Assembly (NCBI GenBank): GCA_963735385.1 | Contig: CAVTKY010000023.1 | Span: 51,109-115,108 of the forward strand | Direction of reading: 5' to 3' | DNA: 64,000 nt | DNA from: an uncultured Alphaproteobacteria bacterium | GTDB taxonomy: Bacteria > Pseudomonadota > Alphaproteobacteria > Rhizobiales > Rhizobiaceae | Part shown: positions 28,413 through 37,845 of the stretch, in pieces | Layout: each line of letters opens with the position of its first letter | Position numbering within the stretch: position 1 is the stretch's first letter | Translations under genes and position numbers: made by a program | Notes under the pieces: generated by a model | What the model saw: the letters and a program-made list of their open reading frames with translations, nothing else | What the model was told of the DNA's origin: nothing | The model's database searches: none

Positions 28413-30078
28413 AGCCGTATCCCGGAGGCGAGCAACGGGTGAAGGTGGCACGCTGCTCGAGATGCGCGACCTCAAGATCGAGGCCACCATTTATCCTCCA
28501 GGCGCCGCCCCGCATAAGGTCGCCATCGTCGATCGCGTTTCGCTGCAGCTCCAACGCGGCAAGGTGCTGGGCCTCATCGGCGAATCCGGCGCAGGAAAAT
28601 CCACCATCGGCCTGGCATCCATGGGATATGGCCGCGGCGGCGTCAGAATCACCGGCGGCGAGGTCATATTGAACGGCCGCGATATCCTCAAAGGAGGCAT
28701 CCAGGGCTTGCGCAAGTTGCGCGGCAACGAAGTCTGCTATGTGGCGCAGTCGGCTGCGGCCGCGTTCAATCCCGCCCACCGGCTGATGGAGCAGATCGTC
28801 GAGGCGGCACTAGAGCATGGCGTCGCCAAGCGTGCCGAAGCAGAGAAGCGCGCGATCGCCTTGTTCAAAAAGCTCGGCCTGCCGGATCCGGAAAGTTTCG
28901 GCCGCCGCTTCCCGCACCAGGTTTCGGGCGGACAGCTCCAGCGCGCCATGACCGCGATGGCGCTCTGTTCCGAGCCAGACCTGATCGTCTTCGACGAGCC
29001 GACCACCGCGCTCGACGTGACGACCCAGATCGACGTGCTCGCCGCGATCAAGGAGGCCATCCGCGACACCGGCGTCGCGGCGCTTTACATCACGCATGAT
29101 CTCGCCGTCGTGGCCCAGGTAGCAGACGACATCATGGTGCTGCGCCACGGCAAGCTCGTCGAATACGGAACCACACGACAGATCATCAAGGAGCCGCGCG
29201 AAAAATATACGGCCGCTCTGGTCTCGGTTCACCGCATCGACCATCGGGAAAAGACGCCCAGTCCGCAGCCGGTGCTGTCAGTCAAGAACGTCACTGCCGC
29301 CTATGGCGGCGGCGCGATCAAGGTTCTGAAGGACGTTTCGGTCGACATCCATCCGGGACAGACGCTCGCGGTCGTCGGCGAATCCGGTTCGGGCAAATCG
29401 ACGCTGGCGCGCGCCATTACCGGTTTGCTGCCGCCCGAGCAGGGTAGCGTGAATTTCGATGGCCGCGACCTGCCCAGACGCCTTGCCGACCGCACCAAGG
29501 ACGATCTGCGGCAATTGCAGATGATTTACCAGATGGCCGATGTTGCGATGAACCCGCGGCAGACGATCGGGACCATCATCGGGCGGCCCCTGGAGTTCTA
29601 CTTCGGCATGCGCGGCAAGGATCGCGACGCGCGGGTTGCCGAACTGCTCGACAAGATCGAAATGGGCAAGGGTTTTGTCGACCGTTATCCGGCAGAGCTT
29701 TCGGGAGGCCAGAAGCAGCGCGTCTGCATCGCGCGGGCGTTGGCCGCCAAGCCGAAGCTCATCATTTGCGACGAGGTGACCAGCGCGCTCGATCCGCTCG
29801 TCGCGAACGGCATCCTGAAACTGCTGCTTGAACTCCAGGCGGAAGAAAAGGTCGCCTATATCTTCATCACGCACGATCTTGCGACGGTAAAGTCGATCGC
29901 CAATTCCATCGCCGTCATGTATCGCGGCGAAGTCGTCCGCTACGGTCCGAAGAGCGAAGTGCTGAAGCCGCCCTTCGACGCTTATACAGAGCTGCTTCTG
30001 TCCTCCGTTCCGGAAATGGAGATCGGCTGGCTCGAAAAGGCGATCAGCACCCGGCGTATGGAAAGCGCGGGAAACTGA
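28405..30078 (+). CDS. ABC transporter ATP-binding protein with two fused NBDs (DppD/DppF-like)
   Basis: Start trimmed to MPKAVSRR, overlapping the permease stop. Two Walker A motifs (GESGAGKST, GESGSGKST) and two signature motifs (VSGGQLQR, LSGGQKQR). Confidence 0.85.
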   Translation: MPKAVSRRRATGEGGTLLEMRDLKIEATIYPPGAAPHKVAIVDRVSLQLQRGKVLGLIGESGAGKSTIGLASMGYGRGGVRITGGEVILNGRDILKGGIQGLRKLRGNEVCYVAQSAAAAFNPAHRLMEQIVEAALEHGVAKRAEAEKRAIALFKKLGLPDPESFGRRFPHQVSGGQLQRAMTAMALCSEPDLIVFDEPTTALDVTTQIDVLAAIKEAIRDTGVAALYITHDLAVVAQVADDIMVLRHGKLVEYGTTRQIIKEPREKYTAALVSVHRIDHREKTPSPQPVLSVKNVTAAYGGGAIKVLKDVSVDIHPGQTLAVVGESGSGKSTLARAITGLLPPEQGSVNFDGRDLPRRLADRTKDDLRQLQMIYQMADVAMNPRQTIGTIIGRPLEFYFGMRGKDRDARVAELLDKIEMGKGFVDRYPAELSGGQKQRVCIARALAAKPKLIICDEVTSALDPLVANGILKLLLELQAEEKVAYIFITHDLATVKSIANSIAVMYRGEVVRYGPKSEVLKPPFDAYTELLLSSVPEMEIGWLEKAISTRRMESAGN

Positions 30079-30121
30079 GCCGCCACAGTGCGCCGAACAA
30101 AATCCGGACGGATCGATGCGC

Positions 30122-30225
30122 TTAGAGCATGATCCCGAAAAGTGCGCGGCGGTTTTCGGAAAGATCATGCGAAGTCAAATGATTAGCGCGGGGTGACGAC
30201 TCCATTGAAATCATCGCGTTTCTAG
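30122..30225. repeat. Intergenic mosaic repeat, GAGCATGATCCCGAAAAGTG...TTTTCGGAAAGATCATGC family, copy 1
   Basis: Nested hairpin GCATGATC-CCGAAAA...TTTTCGG-GATCATGC, then a second imperfect hairpin ending ATCATCGCG. Further copies lie at 30379-30485 and 61477-61597. Confidence 0.8.
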
Positions 30226-30378
30226 CATTGACGACGTAAGGCATATCTTCCTATTGTTGCTCGTGAGCGATAGGAGAAAGACATGCCGGATCGCCGCATC
30301 AGCCAGATTGAATCATCATTCCTTTGTTCCGTGGCAGGTTGTCGCGAAACGCGAGCGCTGTCGCCCTTGGGCGCGGCC

Positions 30379-30485
30379 CTAGAGCATGATCCCGAAAAGT
30401 GCGTAGCGGTTTTCGGAAAAGATCATGCGAAAATCAAAGAGTTAGAGCACGATGACGACTCCAAGACAAATCATCGTGCTCTAAG
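30379..30485. repeat. Same mosaic repeat family, copy 2 (direct orientation, about 155 bp from copy 1)
   Basis: CTAGAGCATGATCCCGAAAAGTGCGTAGCGGTTTTCGGAAAAGATCATGCGAAAATCAAAGAGTTAGAGCACGATGACGACTCC...ATCATCGTGCTCTAAG. The tracked ORF 30283..30495 is a translation of this repeat. Confidence 0.8.
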
Positions 30486-30500
30486 CCAGGGATAGGACGT

Positions 30501-30761
30501 TTGGCTGGTCCGATGGATAGTGTTGGACGGGCAGCGCGGCATGGCGCCCTGCTTGAGGTCGAATGCCGGCATTGCCGGAAGATCGGCCACCATAAAGCGA
30601 GCGAGTTGGCGAAGGTGGTCGGATTCAACCGGCCGCTTGAAACGATCCATTTCGTCTGCAGCCGCTGCGGCCGGAAGGATGTAAACGTGAAGACGATGCT
30701 CATCGATATCGATCGGCCGCCAAAGCTGCATGTCTGGGTGGCCATGCCGTTCAAACTTTAG
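30501..30761 (+). CDS. Small hypothetical protein with a CxxC...CxxC zinc-ribbon-like motif
   Basis: ECRHCRKIG...FVCSRCGRKDV. The start is ambiguous (TTG at 30501 or ATG at 30513) and there is no strong RBS. The call rests only on ORF shape and the Cys pairs. Confidence 0.4.
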   Translation: MAGPMDSVGRAARHGALLEVECRHCRKIGHHKASELAKVVGFNRPLETIHFVCSRCGRKDVNVKTMLIDIDRPPKLHVWVAMPFKL

Positions 30762-30829
30762 CTGACGTTATAGTCGTTCGTGCAGCTGTTTGTATTGGCG
30801 TCCCAAGTTTGACAGGTCCCAGGAAGAGG

Positions 30830-31540
30830 CTAAACCAGCGGCAGTTGCTGCTGTCCCCCGCCTTTTTCCAAGGATACTGCCGCGGAGTTTCGCTCCTTTT
30901 CGGTGATTGCAACGATCTTCAGCGCGTCATCGGGCAGCGGCCTTTGCAGCTTCAAGGCCTCCTCGGCCGGCAACGAGAGCCACCGGTCGATCTCTTCTTC
31001 GCTCCGCAGAATCACCGGCATGGCCTTGTCATGAATAGGCGCGACCACAGCGTTCGGCCTCGTGGTAAGGAAGCCAAAAAGCTCGAAATCGCCCGGCCCA
31101 TCCCTCACTCTGCGAACACCGCTCCACTGGGTCCAGATTCCGGCGAAGGCAAACAGCGGTTCGCCATCGTCGAGCGCGAACCACACATTCGGCGTCTTGC
31201 CGTTGGCATCCTTTGTCGGGCTCGGCTCGGCAAAACTTGTCGCAGGCACGATGCACCTGTTTTCAACCCCCATCCACCGACGCCAATGCGCGTAGCCGGG
31301 CTGACGTATATTGGTTGTGCCGGGATCGTAGTTTCCTTTGATGCGCTCCGGCGGGGTCGGCATTCCCCACTGAAGCATGGTGATTTCGCGCTCGCCGTCT
31401 TCGGCGACCCGTACCACCGGGGCTCTGATGTTCGGGAAAATGTCCAGCGTCGGCTGGTTCCAGCCGGCCCGGTCGCGCAGCGCCTTGGTGAACTGGCGCA
31501 ATGCCTCGGTGGTGGTGGTGATGTTGTAGAGATTGCACAT
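30830..31540 (-). CDS. SOS-response-associated peptidase (SRAP/YedK, DUF159)
   Basis: Begins MCNLYN (catalytic Cys2). Contains NIRAPVV, FAEP and FAFAGIW, typical of SRAP. Confidence 0.85.
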   Translation of the reverse strand: MCNLYNITTTTEALRQFTKALRDRAGWNQPTLDIFPNIRAPVVRVAEDGEREITMLQWGMPTPPERIKGNYDPGTTNIRQPGYAHWRRWMGVENRCIVPATSFAEPSPTKDANGKTPNVWFALDDGEPLFAFAGIWTQWSGVRRVRDGPGDFELFGFLTTRPNAVVAPIHDKAMPVILRSEEEIDRWLSLPAEEALKLQRPLPDDALKIVAITEKERNSAAVSLEKGGGQQQLPLV

Positions 31541-31985
31541 TTCTCAAATTTGAAACAGCCGCCTCTAAATTACCAGACAAGAGGACCGCCGGGATGCTCA
31601 CTGCTGACACAGGCGGCGGTTCGGGAGGGCAGGCACGAATCTGGCTGTCATCCCGACGGTTGCGGAGGCAGGGGACGAGTTGGAGGAAGCCCGTTGGGAA
31701 TGACACCAAGGTCGTGCACAACGTCAAACGCCAATGAGCCCAGACAGGGGGTGGACGAATCCACCCCTCGCTCCGGATGTCACACGGAAATACCCGTTTT
31801 TGATCAATGAGATAGAAGAACTGCGCTGAACCTAACCGGGATTTTTTGTCCGCACGTCTACCTTCCGGTCTCACAATCGTGCCAATTCCTCCCGTCGAAA
31901 CACCGATCAGGACAATAGTTGCGTCGGGAGGGACCAGTGGCTGCGGCGATGAGCTAAGGCATCTTTCCCACCAGAGCAATTGTGG

Positions 31986-32928
31986 TCAGTACGGCCACTC
32001 CGACTTGCCGAGCGCCCTGACCGCGTCGACGATTCTGGAAAAGCTCGTGCGCGCACGCCCGACCGTATGCCGGGCCCGAAGATAACCGTGAACAAGGCCA
32101 GGCTCTTCGAACCACCACGCCTTGCCGCCCGCAGCGACGACGCGGCTGCCATAGGCTTCGCCGTCGGACGACAGAGGATCGCACTCGGCCGTGAAGATGG
32201 CGGTCGGCGGCAGGTTGGAGAAGTCGGCGTCGCTCAGCGGCCTATAGGTGATGTCGCCGGTCGCATCACGCCCGCCGGAGCGGATGCCGTCGTAGAAGAC
32301 AAGGTCGCGCATGGTCAGCATCGGCGCCTCGGCATGGGTGACGTAGGAGCCCCTGGACCGGTCGCCGCCAAGGCCCGGATAGACCAGAACCTGCCCGATC
32401 GGGCGCCGCTCGTGGCCGCGCGTGGCATGGCTCACCGCCGCGGCGAGATTACCGCCCGCGCTGTCGCCACAAAGCAGGATCGGCGTCTCGCGTGTCGCGG
32501 TCGCCCATTCGAATGCGCTCATCGCATCGTCGAAAGCCGCCGGATGCGGATGCTCCGGCGCCAGCCGATAGTCCACCGAGACCACATCGTAGCCCGACCG
32601 TGCACACAGTTCGGCACAAACATCGTCGTGGCTGTCGAGCCCGCCAAGGATGAACCCGCCGCCATGAAAATAGAGCACTGTGGCGGACGCATCCGGGTTC
32701 AGCCTTCGATACAGCCGTACCGGTATCGAATGCGTGCGCGTGTCTATGGCGAACGTGTCGGCTGTCACCCCTTCTGGATAGCCGGCAAAGAACTCGCGGC
32801 ACATGCGATCGTAAACGGCACGCTGCCTCAGCAACCGTGTAGTCGGTGGCGTCGGGCGGATAGTAGGCGTTCGTTCTGTCGATGAAGGCCCAGGTTTCCG
32901 CGTCGATGAGTTTTCGATAATCGGTCAT
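31986..32928 (-). pseudogene. Alpha/beta hydrolase (hormone-sensitive-lipase-like esterase), reading frame broken near 32826
   Basis: The N-terminus MTDYRKLIDAETWAFIDRTNAYYPPDATDYTVAE is in one frame. The remainder QRAVYDRMCREF...YFHGGGF...GDSAGGNLA (HGGG and GDSAG motifs) is in the next frame. Removing one G (GAGGCAG to GAGCAG) joins them. Confidence 0.8.
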
Positions 32929-33059
32929 GGGCCGCCTCTTCCTGCAGCGAAAGGAAACGCGGGTGAGGTTCATGGCGTCAGCGATTGGCGCGCGCAAAAA
33001 CCCCGCCCGCTTCGCGTCGCTCGGCTCCTCCCAACAACGGGGTGAGGACAGCGCTCGCT

Positions 33060-33842
33060 TCACCGTCCCTTCCACACCGGCTCGCGCTTTTCGGCGAAGG
33101 CCCGAAAGCCTTCCTGGTTGTCGTCCGAATCGTAGAGCTCGTCCACAGTACGGAACTTCCGCTTGGTGATCCAGTTCATCGCGTCCTGGAACGACATCGC
33201 CTCGGCCTCACGGACAACCTCCTTGATCGAGGCGAACACCAGCGGCGGCCCGCCAGCCAGCATCCGCGCAATCTCCCAAACGCGATCGTCGAGCTTCTCT
33301 TTCGGAAGCACCTCGTTGACCAGGCCCCAGCGATGCGCCTCCTGAACATCCATCCAGCGGCCCGTCAGCAGAAGATCCATCGCGACATGGTAGGGGATGC
33401 GCTTCGGCAATTTGATCGTTGCGGCATCGGCCAGTGTTCCGGCACGGATTTCCGGCAGGGCGAAGCTCGAATGGTCGGAGGCGTAGATAAGATCGCAGGA
33501 CAGCGCCAGCTCGAACCCGCCGCCAACCGCCATGCCGTTGACGGCCGCGATCACCGGCTTGTTCATGTCACGCAGTTCCTGCAGCCCGCCAAACCCGCCG
33601 ACGCCATAGTCTCCATCGACCGCATCGCCCGCGGCTGCCGCCTTGAGGTCCCAGCCGGCACAGAAGAACTTGTCGCCAGCCGTCTTGACGATCGCGACGC
33701 GCAGATCGGGATCGTCGCGGAAGGCGCGGAATGTTTCGCCGAGCAGCCGCGATGTTTTCAGGTCGATCGCATTGGCCTTTGGCCGGTCGAGCGTAATTTC
33801 CAGAATGCCGCCTTCGCGGCGGGTGGTGACGACGTCGGTCAT
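33060..33842 (-). CDS. Enoyl-CoA hydratase/isomerase (crotonase) family, carnitinyl-CoA/crotonobetainyl-CoA hydratase-like
   Basis: 260 aa with FCAGWDLK and AAVNGMAVGGGFELAL (oxyanion-hole motifs). It lies in the carnitine-type cluster. Confidence 0.8.
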   Translation of the reverse strand: MTDVVTTRREGGILEITLDRPKANAIDLKTSRLLGETFRAFRDDPDLRVAIVKTAGDKFFCAGWDLKAAAAGDAVDGDYGVGGFGGLQELRDMNKPVIAAVNGMAVGGGFELALSCDLIYASDHSSFALPEIRAGTLADAATIKLPKRIPYHVAMDLLLTGRWMDVQEAHRWGLVNEVLPKEKLDDRVWEIARMLAGGPPLVFASIKEVVREAEAMSFQDAMNWITKRKFRTVDELYDSDDNQEGFRAFAEKREPVWKGR

Positions 33843-33861
33843 GGCAAATGCTCCGGAGTTT

Positions 33862-34007
33862 CCTCCCCCCTTGAGGGGGAGGTGGCCGCGCAGCGGCCGG
33901 AGGGGGTTGGTGCGGCAGTGTTCTTCATGGAAAAATCAACCGGTGGCCACCGAGGCAACCCCACCCCGATCGGCTTCGCCGATCGACCCTCCCCTCAAGG
34001 GGGAGGG
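33862..34007. repeat. Composite GC-rich palindromic repeat (CCTCCCCCCTTGAGGGGGAGG ... CCCTCCCCTCAAGGGGGAGGG)
   Basis: Two inverted hairpin modules separated by a ~50-nt spacer. Same family as 34650-34810, 36299-36344 and 58701-58857. Confidence 0.8.
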
Positions 34008-34673
34008 CGACGTCGAGCCCACCATCAGCGCATCGGCGACCCAGGCGCCCTGGCCTTTCGCGCAGACGATCAACGGATTAATGTCGAGTTCCTCGATTGC
34101 ATCGGGGTTTTGCGAAACGAAGCCGGTGAGCGCCAATACTGCATCGATCGCCGCGTCGAGATCGGCTTTCGGCCGGCCACGAAAGCCGTCGAGCAGAGGG
34201 AACAGTTTCAGGCCGCGAAGCGCATTCTCGACTTCACTACGGGAGGCCGGCAACAGCAGGGTGGCCGAGTCCTTCAACAGTTCCACCAGCACACCGCCGG
34301 ACCCCAGCGTCATGACCGGCCCGAACAGCGGATCGCAAGTGAAGCCGACAATCAGTTCCGCAACCCCGCCCTAAATCATTCGCTCGACATAGAGACCGGT
34401 TCCGAGGGATGCGAGATCCGAGGCCGCGGCGCGTACGGAAGCGGCGTCACGCAGATTGAGTTTGACCGCACCGGCTTCCGACTTGTGCGCCACGCCAAGC
34501 GCCTTCAGTGCCACCGGATAGCCGAGCGCTTCGGCAGCGGCGGCCGCTTCGTCTGCGCTCGATGCACGGCGACCGGCGGGAACCGAAACACCGGCTTCCG
34601 CGAGCAGAGCCTTGGCGGAAGCTTCATCGAGGGTGCCGTCGTGCAAGGCGCCCCCCTCTGCCCTGCCGGGCAT
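33936..34673 (-). pseudogene. ATP-grasp part/subunit of an ADP-forming acyl-CoA synthetase; in-frame TAG at 34371-34373
   Basis: The frame reads LDEASAKALLAEAGVSVP...YPVALKALGVAHKSEAGAVKLNL...LYVERMI-TAG-GGVAELIVGFTCDPLFGPVMTLGSGGVLVELLKD...INPLIV. The same frame continues on both sides of the TAG. The nearest upstream ATG (34671-34673) lies inside a repeat. Confidence 0.7.
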
Positions 34674-34810
34674 CTCCCCCGCAAGGGGGGAGATTACGCT
34701 ATCAGCGAGAGGCATCGCCAACCGCCAACGTCGAAGGGGACACCAGCAAGTGATGGAGTTGCTGATCTCCCCCCTTGCGGGGGAGATGTCCGGCAGGACA
34801 GAGGGGGGCG
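34650..34810. repeat. Composite GC-rich palindromic repeat (…GCATCTCCCCCGCAAGGGGGGAGAT … GATCTCCCCCCTTGCGGGGGAGATGTCCGGCAGGACAGAGGGGGG)
   Basis: Inverted pair of the GGGGGAGAT hairpin module. It translates to the pseudo-peptide ISPLAGEM(S/P)GR(T/A)EGG seen in several tracked ORFs. Confidence 0.85.
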
Positions 34811-34837
34811 TAAGCCATCGGCATGACCACCCCGGCG

Positions 34838-36260
34838 CTACGCGGAGACCCTCCCGGCAAGGGGGAGGCTGGGGCGCTGCCAAGCCTCCCCGATGAAGGC
34901 CGCGGCTTCAGCCGCATCCATCGCTTCGACGATGCCTTGCAACGGAACGACGCCCCGCCGGAACAGTTCGGCGGCGTGTTCTTCCGGCAGGTTCTCCAGC
35001 ATGGAGGCGACGATAGCGCCGCGTGAGCCGCTCATCTTCAGCGCGCTGTCGAAGGCACTCACGGCAGACCACCAGTCGGCATCGGAGCAACGGTCGGTCC
35101 GGGGGAAATCCAGCACCAGCATGTTGAGATCGAACCTCCCGGACACCATGGCCGCAAAGGTCGCCGTCATCGCCGGCTCGTTGTTCCAAATGAAGGTGTG
35201 ATAGTCGAGCGGATTGGCCACCGCGACCAGCGGCCCAAGCGTCGACTTCACATGCGCGCGATGGTCCTCGACCAGCGCCGGAAAGAAGACGCGCCGTCCC
35301 TCGGCGCTGTCGGCCATGACCGACGCCTCGCCACCCGAACAGCTCATCGAGGACAGGCTGTAGCCGGTCAGCGGACCGCCTGCATGAAGCAATTTCAGCG
35401 TCTCGAGGAAGGACGGGATCGAACTCACTCGGGCAATACCAAGCCGGCGAAGGAAGGCGTCGGAAGCCGCATCCGAACCAGCCAGCGAGGCCGTGTGGGA
35501 AATCGTCGCTTCGCGCGCCTGCTCCGACCGGCCGACTTTCATGGCCACGATCGGCTTTCTCAATTCGCGCGCACGCTGGGCCAGCCGCTCGAACCCCACC
35601 GCGCTGTCAAACCCCTCGATGTGAAGCCCAAGGCAGGAAACGCGGTCATCCTCGATTAGGCCGAGCGCCATTTCAGACAAACCGGTCTGAGCCTGATTGC
35701 CTGCCGTCATCAGGAAGGCGACAGGCAGCCCGCGCTTCTGCATGGTAAGATTGCAGGCGATGTTGGACGACTGGGTGATGATTGCCGCACCGCGCGCGCC
35801 GGCGGCAAGGCGTTGTCCGCCGTGCTGATCGGGCCAAAGCAGCGCGCCGTCGGCGTAGTTGATCAGGCCGTAGCAGTTCGGGCCGAGGACTCGGCATGGA
35901 ACCGGCGGCTTCGATCAGCGCGTCCTGCAGCACGTCGCCTTCGGGATCGTAGTGCCCGGTCTCGCGAAAACCGGAGGCAAAGCAGATCGCGGCGCCGGCC
36001 CCGCGTTCGCGCAGCGCCTTGACCATCTCGATGGTCAGATTGCGGTTGACGCCGATAAAGGTCGCATCCGGTGCGCCCGGCAGGTCCGCGACCGTGCGGT
36101 AGGCTTTGACGCCTTCGACCTCATCCTTCTTGGGATGCACCGGCCAAATGTCGCCCGAAAATCCCATTTTCAGACTCTGCTGGACGACATTGGCGCCGAA
36201 TGCGCCCCCGCCGATGATGGCGACGGACTTTGGGCGCAACAGACGTTCGAGACGGCTCAT
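34838..36260 (-). pseudogene. CoA-binding + CoA-ligase part/subunit of an ADP-forming acyl-CoA synthetase, reading frame broken near 35888
   Basis: MSRLERLLRPKSVAIIGGG...ICFASGFRE...ALIEAAGSMP, then a frame change to VLGPNCYGLINYADGALLWPDQHGG...MQKRGLPVAFLMTAGNQA...VAMKVGRSEQA. The shift maps to ATGCCGAGTCCTCGG. Confidence 0.8.
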
Positions 36261-36298
36261 GGGTGCGCCTCGCGGGAATATGTGCGGCGCTCTACGTT

Positions 36299-36344
36299 GC
36301 CCCCCTCTGGCCTGCCGGCGGATTCCCCCGCTAGGGGGGAGATC
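36299..36344. repeat. Single module of the GGGGGAGAT hairpin repeat between the ACAD and the synthetase
   Basis: GCCCCCCTCTGGCCTGCCGGCGGATTCCCCCGCTAGGGGGGAGATC. Confidence 0.75.
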
Positions 36345-36491
36345 ATGCGCATCATCGAAGGCGCTCGTTCTACAGAGTTGCCGATTGGCGAAGGCCACGC
36401 GGACGGCTGATCTCGCCTCGCTCGGCGGGAGCTGGCTCGGCAGGCCAAGGGAGGGCGAAGGGACGCCATCCTTCCAAGGACTCTCGTTTTC

Positions 36492-37655
36492 TCATCCGCC
36501 AACCGCCCTGAGCAGGGCGCTGCGATGATATGCCGCTGGATTTCGCTGGTGCCCTCCCAGATGCGTTCGACGCGCGCGTCGCGCCAGATCCGCTCCAAGG
36601 GCAGGTCGTCCATCAGGCCCATGCCGCCATGGATCTGGATCGCTTCGTCGGCGACGAAAGCCAGCATCTCTGTCGCTTTCAGCTTGGCCATCGCCATGTC
36701 CTGGTCGGTCACGGTGCCCTGGTCGTATTTCCAGCCTGCCTCAAAGACCATCAGGTCGGCAGCCTTCAGCTCCGTCGCCATATCGGCAAGCTTGAAGGAG
36801 ACGCCCTGGAACTTGCCGATCTGCTGGCCGAACTGCTGACGCTGCGCGGCATATTCCACGGCATGGCCAAGCGCACGTTCGGCGCGGCCCGAGACAGGTT
36901 GCGCCGACCTGCAGCCGCGTAGCACCCAGCCAGCTGTTGGCGACTTCGAAGCCCTGATGCACTTCGCCGAGGATCTGCTCCTTCGGCAGTCGGCAATCGT
37001 CGAATTCGAGGATCGAATTGGTGTAGCCGCGATGCGAGACGTTGCGATATCCGTCCCGCACCGTGAAGCCCGGCGTGCCCTTGTCGACGAAAAAGGCCGT
37101 GATCTTCTTGCGCTTGCCGCGTGGGCTGTCTTCCTCGCCCGACGCCATGAAAACGATGGCGAAGTCGGCAATGTCCGCATGGCTGATGAAATGCTTGGTG
37201 CCGTTGAGCACCCAGTCGCCGCCCTTCTCGACCGCCGTGGCCTTCATGCCGCGCAGGTCCGACCCGGCACCCGGCTCGGTCATCGCCAGGCAGTCCCACT
37301 TCTCGCCCCTGATGCACGGGAAGAGGTACTTCTCACGCTGCTCAGGCGTTCCCGCCAGCAGGATGTTCGACGGACGCGCGACGCATGTCCAATGCAGCGC
37401 GTAGTTCGCCCGCCCGAGTTCCTTCTCATAAAGCAGCCAGGTCACCGTATCGAGCCCCGCCCCGCCGACATCGGCCGGCATGTTGGCGGCATAGAGCCCG
37501 GCGGTAATCGCCTTACCCTTGATCTCGTCGATCAGCTCACGGCGAAGATGACCGCTGCGCTCGACCTCCGCTTCATGCGGGTAGAGTTCGTTCTCGACGA
37601 AGGCGCGGGTCGTATCGACGATGAGCTGCTGCTCTTCGTTCAGGCCGAAATCCAT
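36492..37655 (-). pseudogene. Acyl-CoA dehydrogenase, two frame breaks (near 36889 and 36523)
   Basis: Own start MDFGLNEEQQLIVDTTRAF with a GGAGGA RBS. It runs to ...ATCLG, then changes frame to RAERALGHAVEYAAQRQQFGQ...ERIWEGTSEIQRHII, then changes frame again to SALLRAVGG-stop (TGA at 36492-36494). The first break is an extra G in a GGG run. Confidence 0.8.
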
Positions 37656-37699
37656 CGATGCAAATCCTCCCGCTATTATGGAGTACGCGGCAAAAGCAC

Positions 37700-37831
37700 C
37701 CCTCTCCGGTTGCTGCGCAGACCACCTCTCCCCCCTTAGGGGAGAGATTGGTCGCCAGGCTTGCCGAGCCGGCGTATCCTCTCGCCCGTTGAACGGGGGA
37801 GAGGTGCCGAGGCGAAGCCGAGACGGGGGGT
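37700..37831. repeat. GC-rich palindromic repeat (TCTCCCCCCTTAGGGGAGAGA / CCTCTCGCCCGTTGAACGGGGGAGAGG modules)
   Basis: Two hairpin modules between the carnitine dehydrogenase-like gene and the ACAD. The 723-aa tracked ORF reads through them. Confidence 0.75.
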
Positions 37832-37845
37832 GACGCATAATCGCT

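Noticed and set aside
30283-30495. 70-aa ORF and similar short ORFs translating ISPLAGEMSGRTEGG or EHDPEKC peptides
   Set aside because: They are translations of the palindromic repeat families in whichever frame happens to be open. There are no RBSs, and the same peptides recur wherever a repeat occurs.
31700-31800. tRNA, or a piece of a two-piece tmRNA
   Set aside because: Only a T-arm-like hairpin with a 6-nt loop and a weak acceptor match could be found. There is no anticodon or D arm, no CCA, and no ANDN...LAA-type tag reading frame on either strand.
32985-34826. 613-aa plus-strand ORF
   Set aside because: It is antisense to the crotonase and synthetase genes and runs through two palindromic repeats. 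Its composition is Arg/Gly-rich shadow-ORF sequence.
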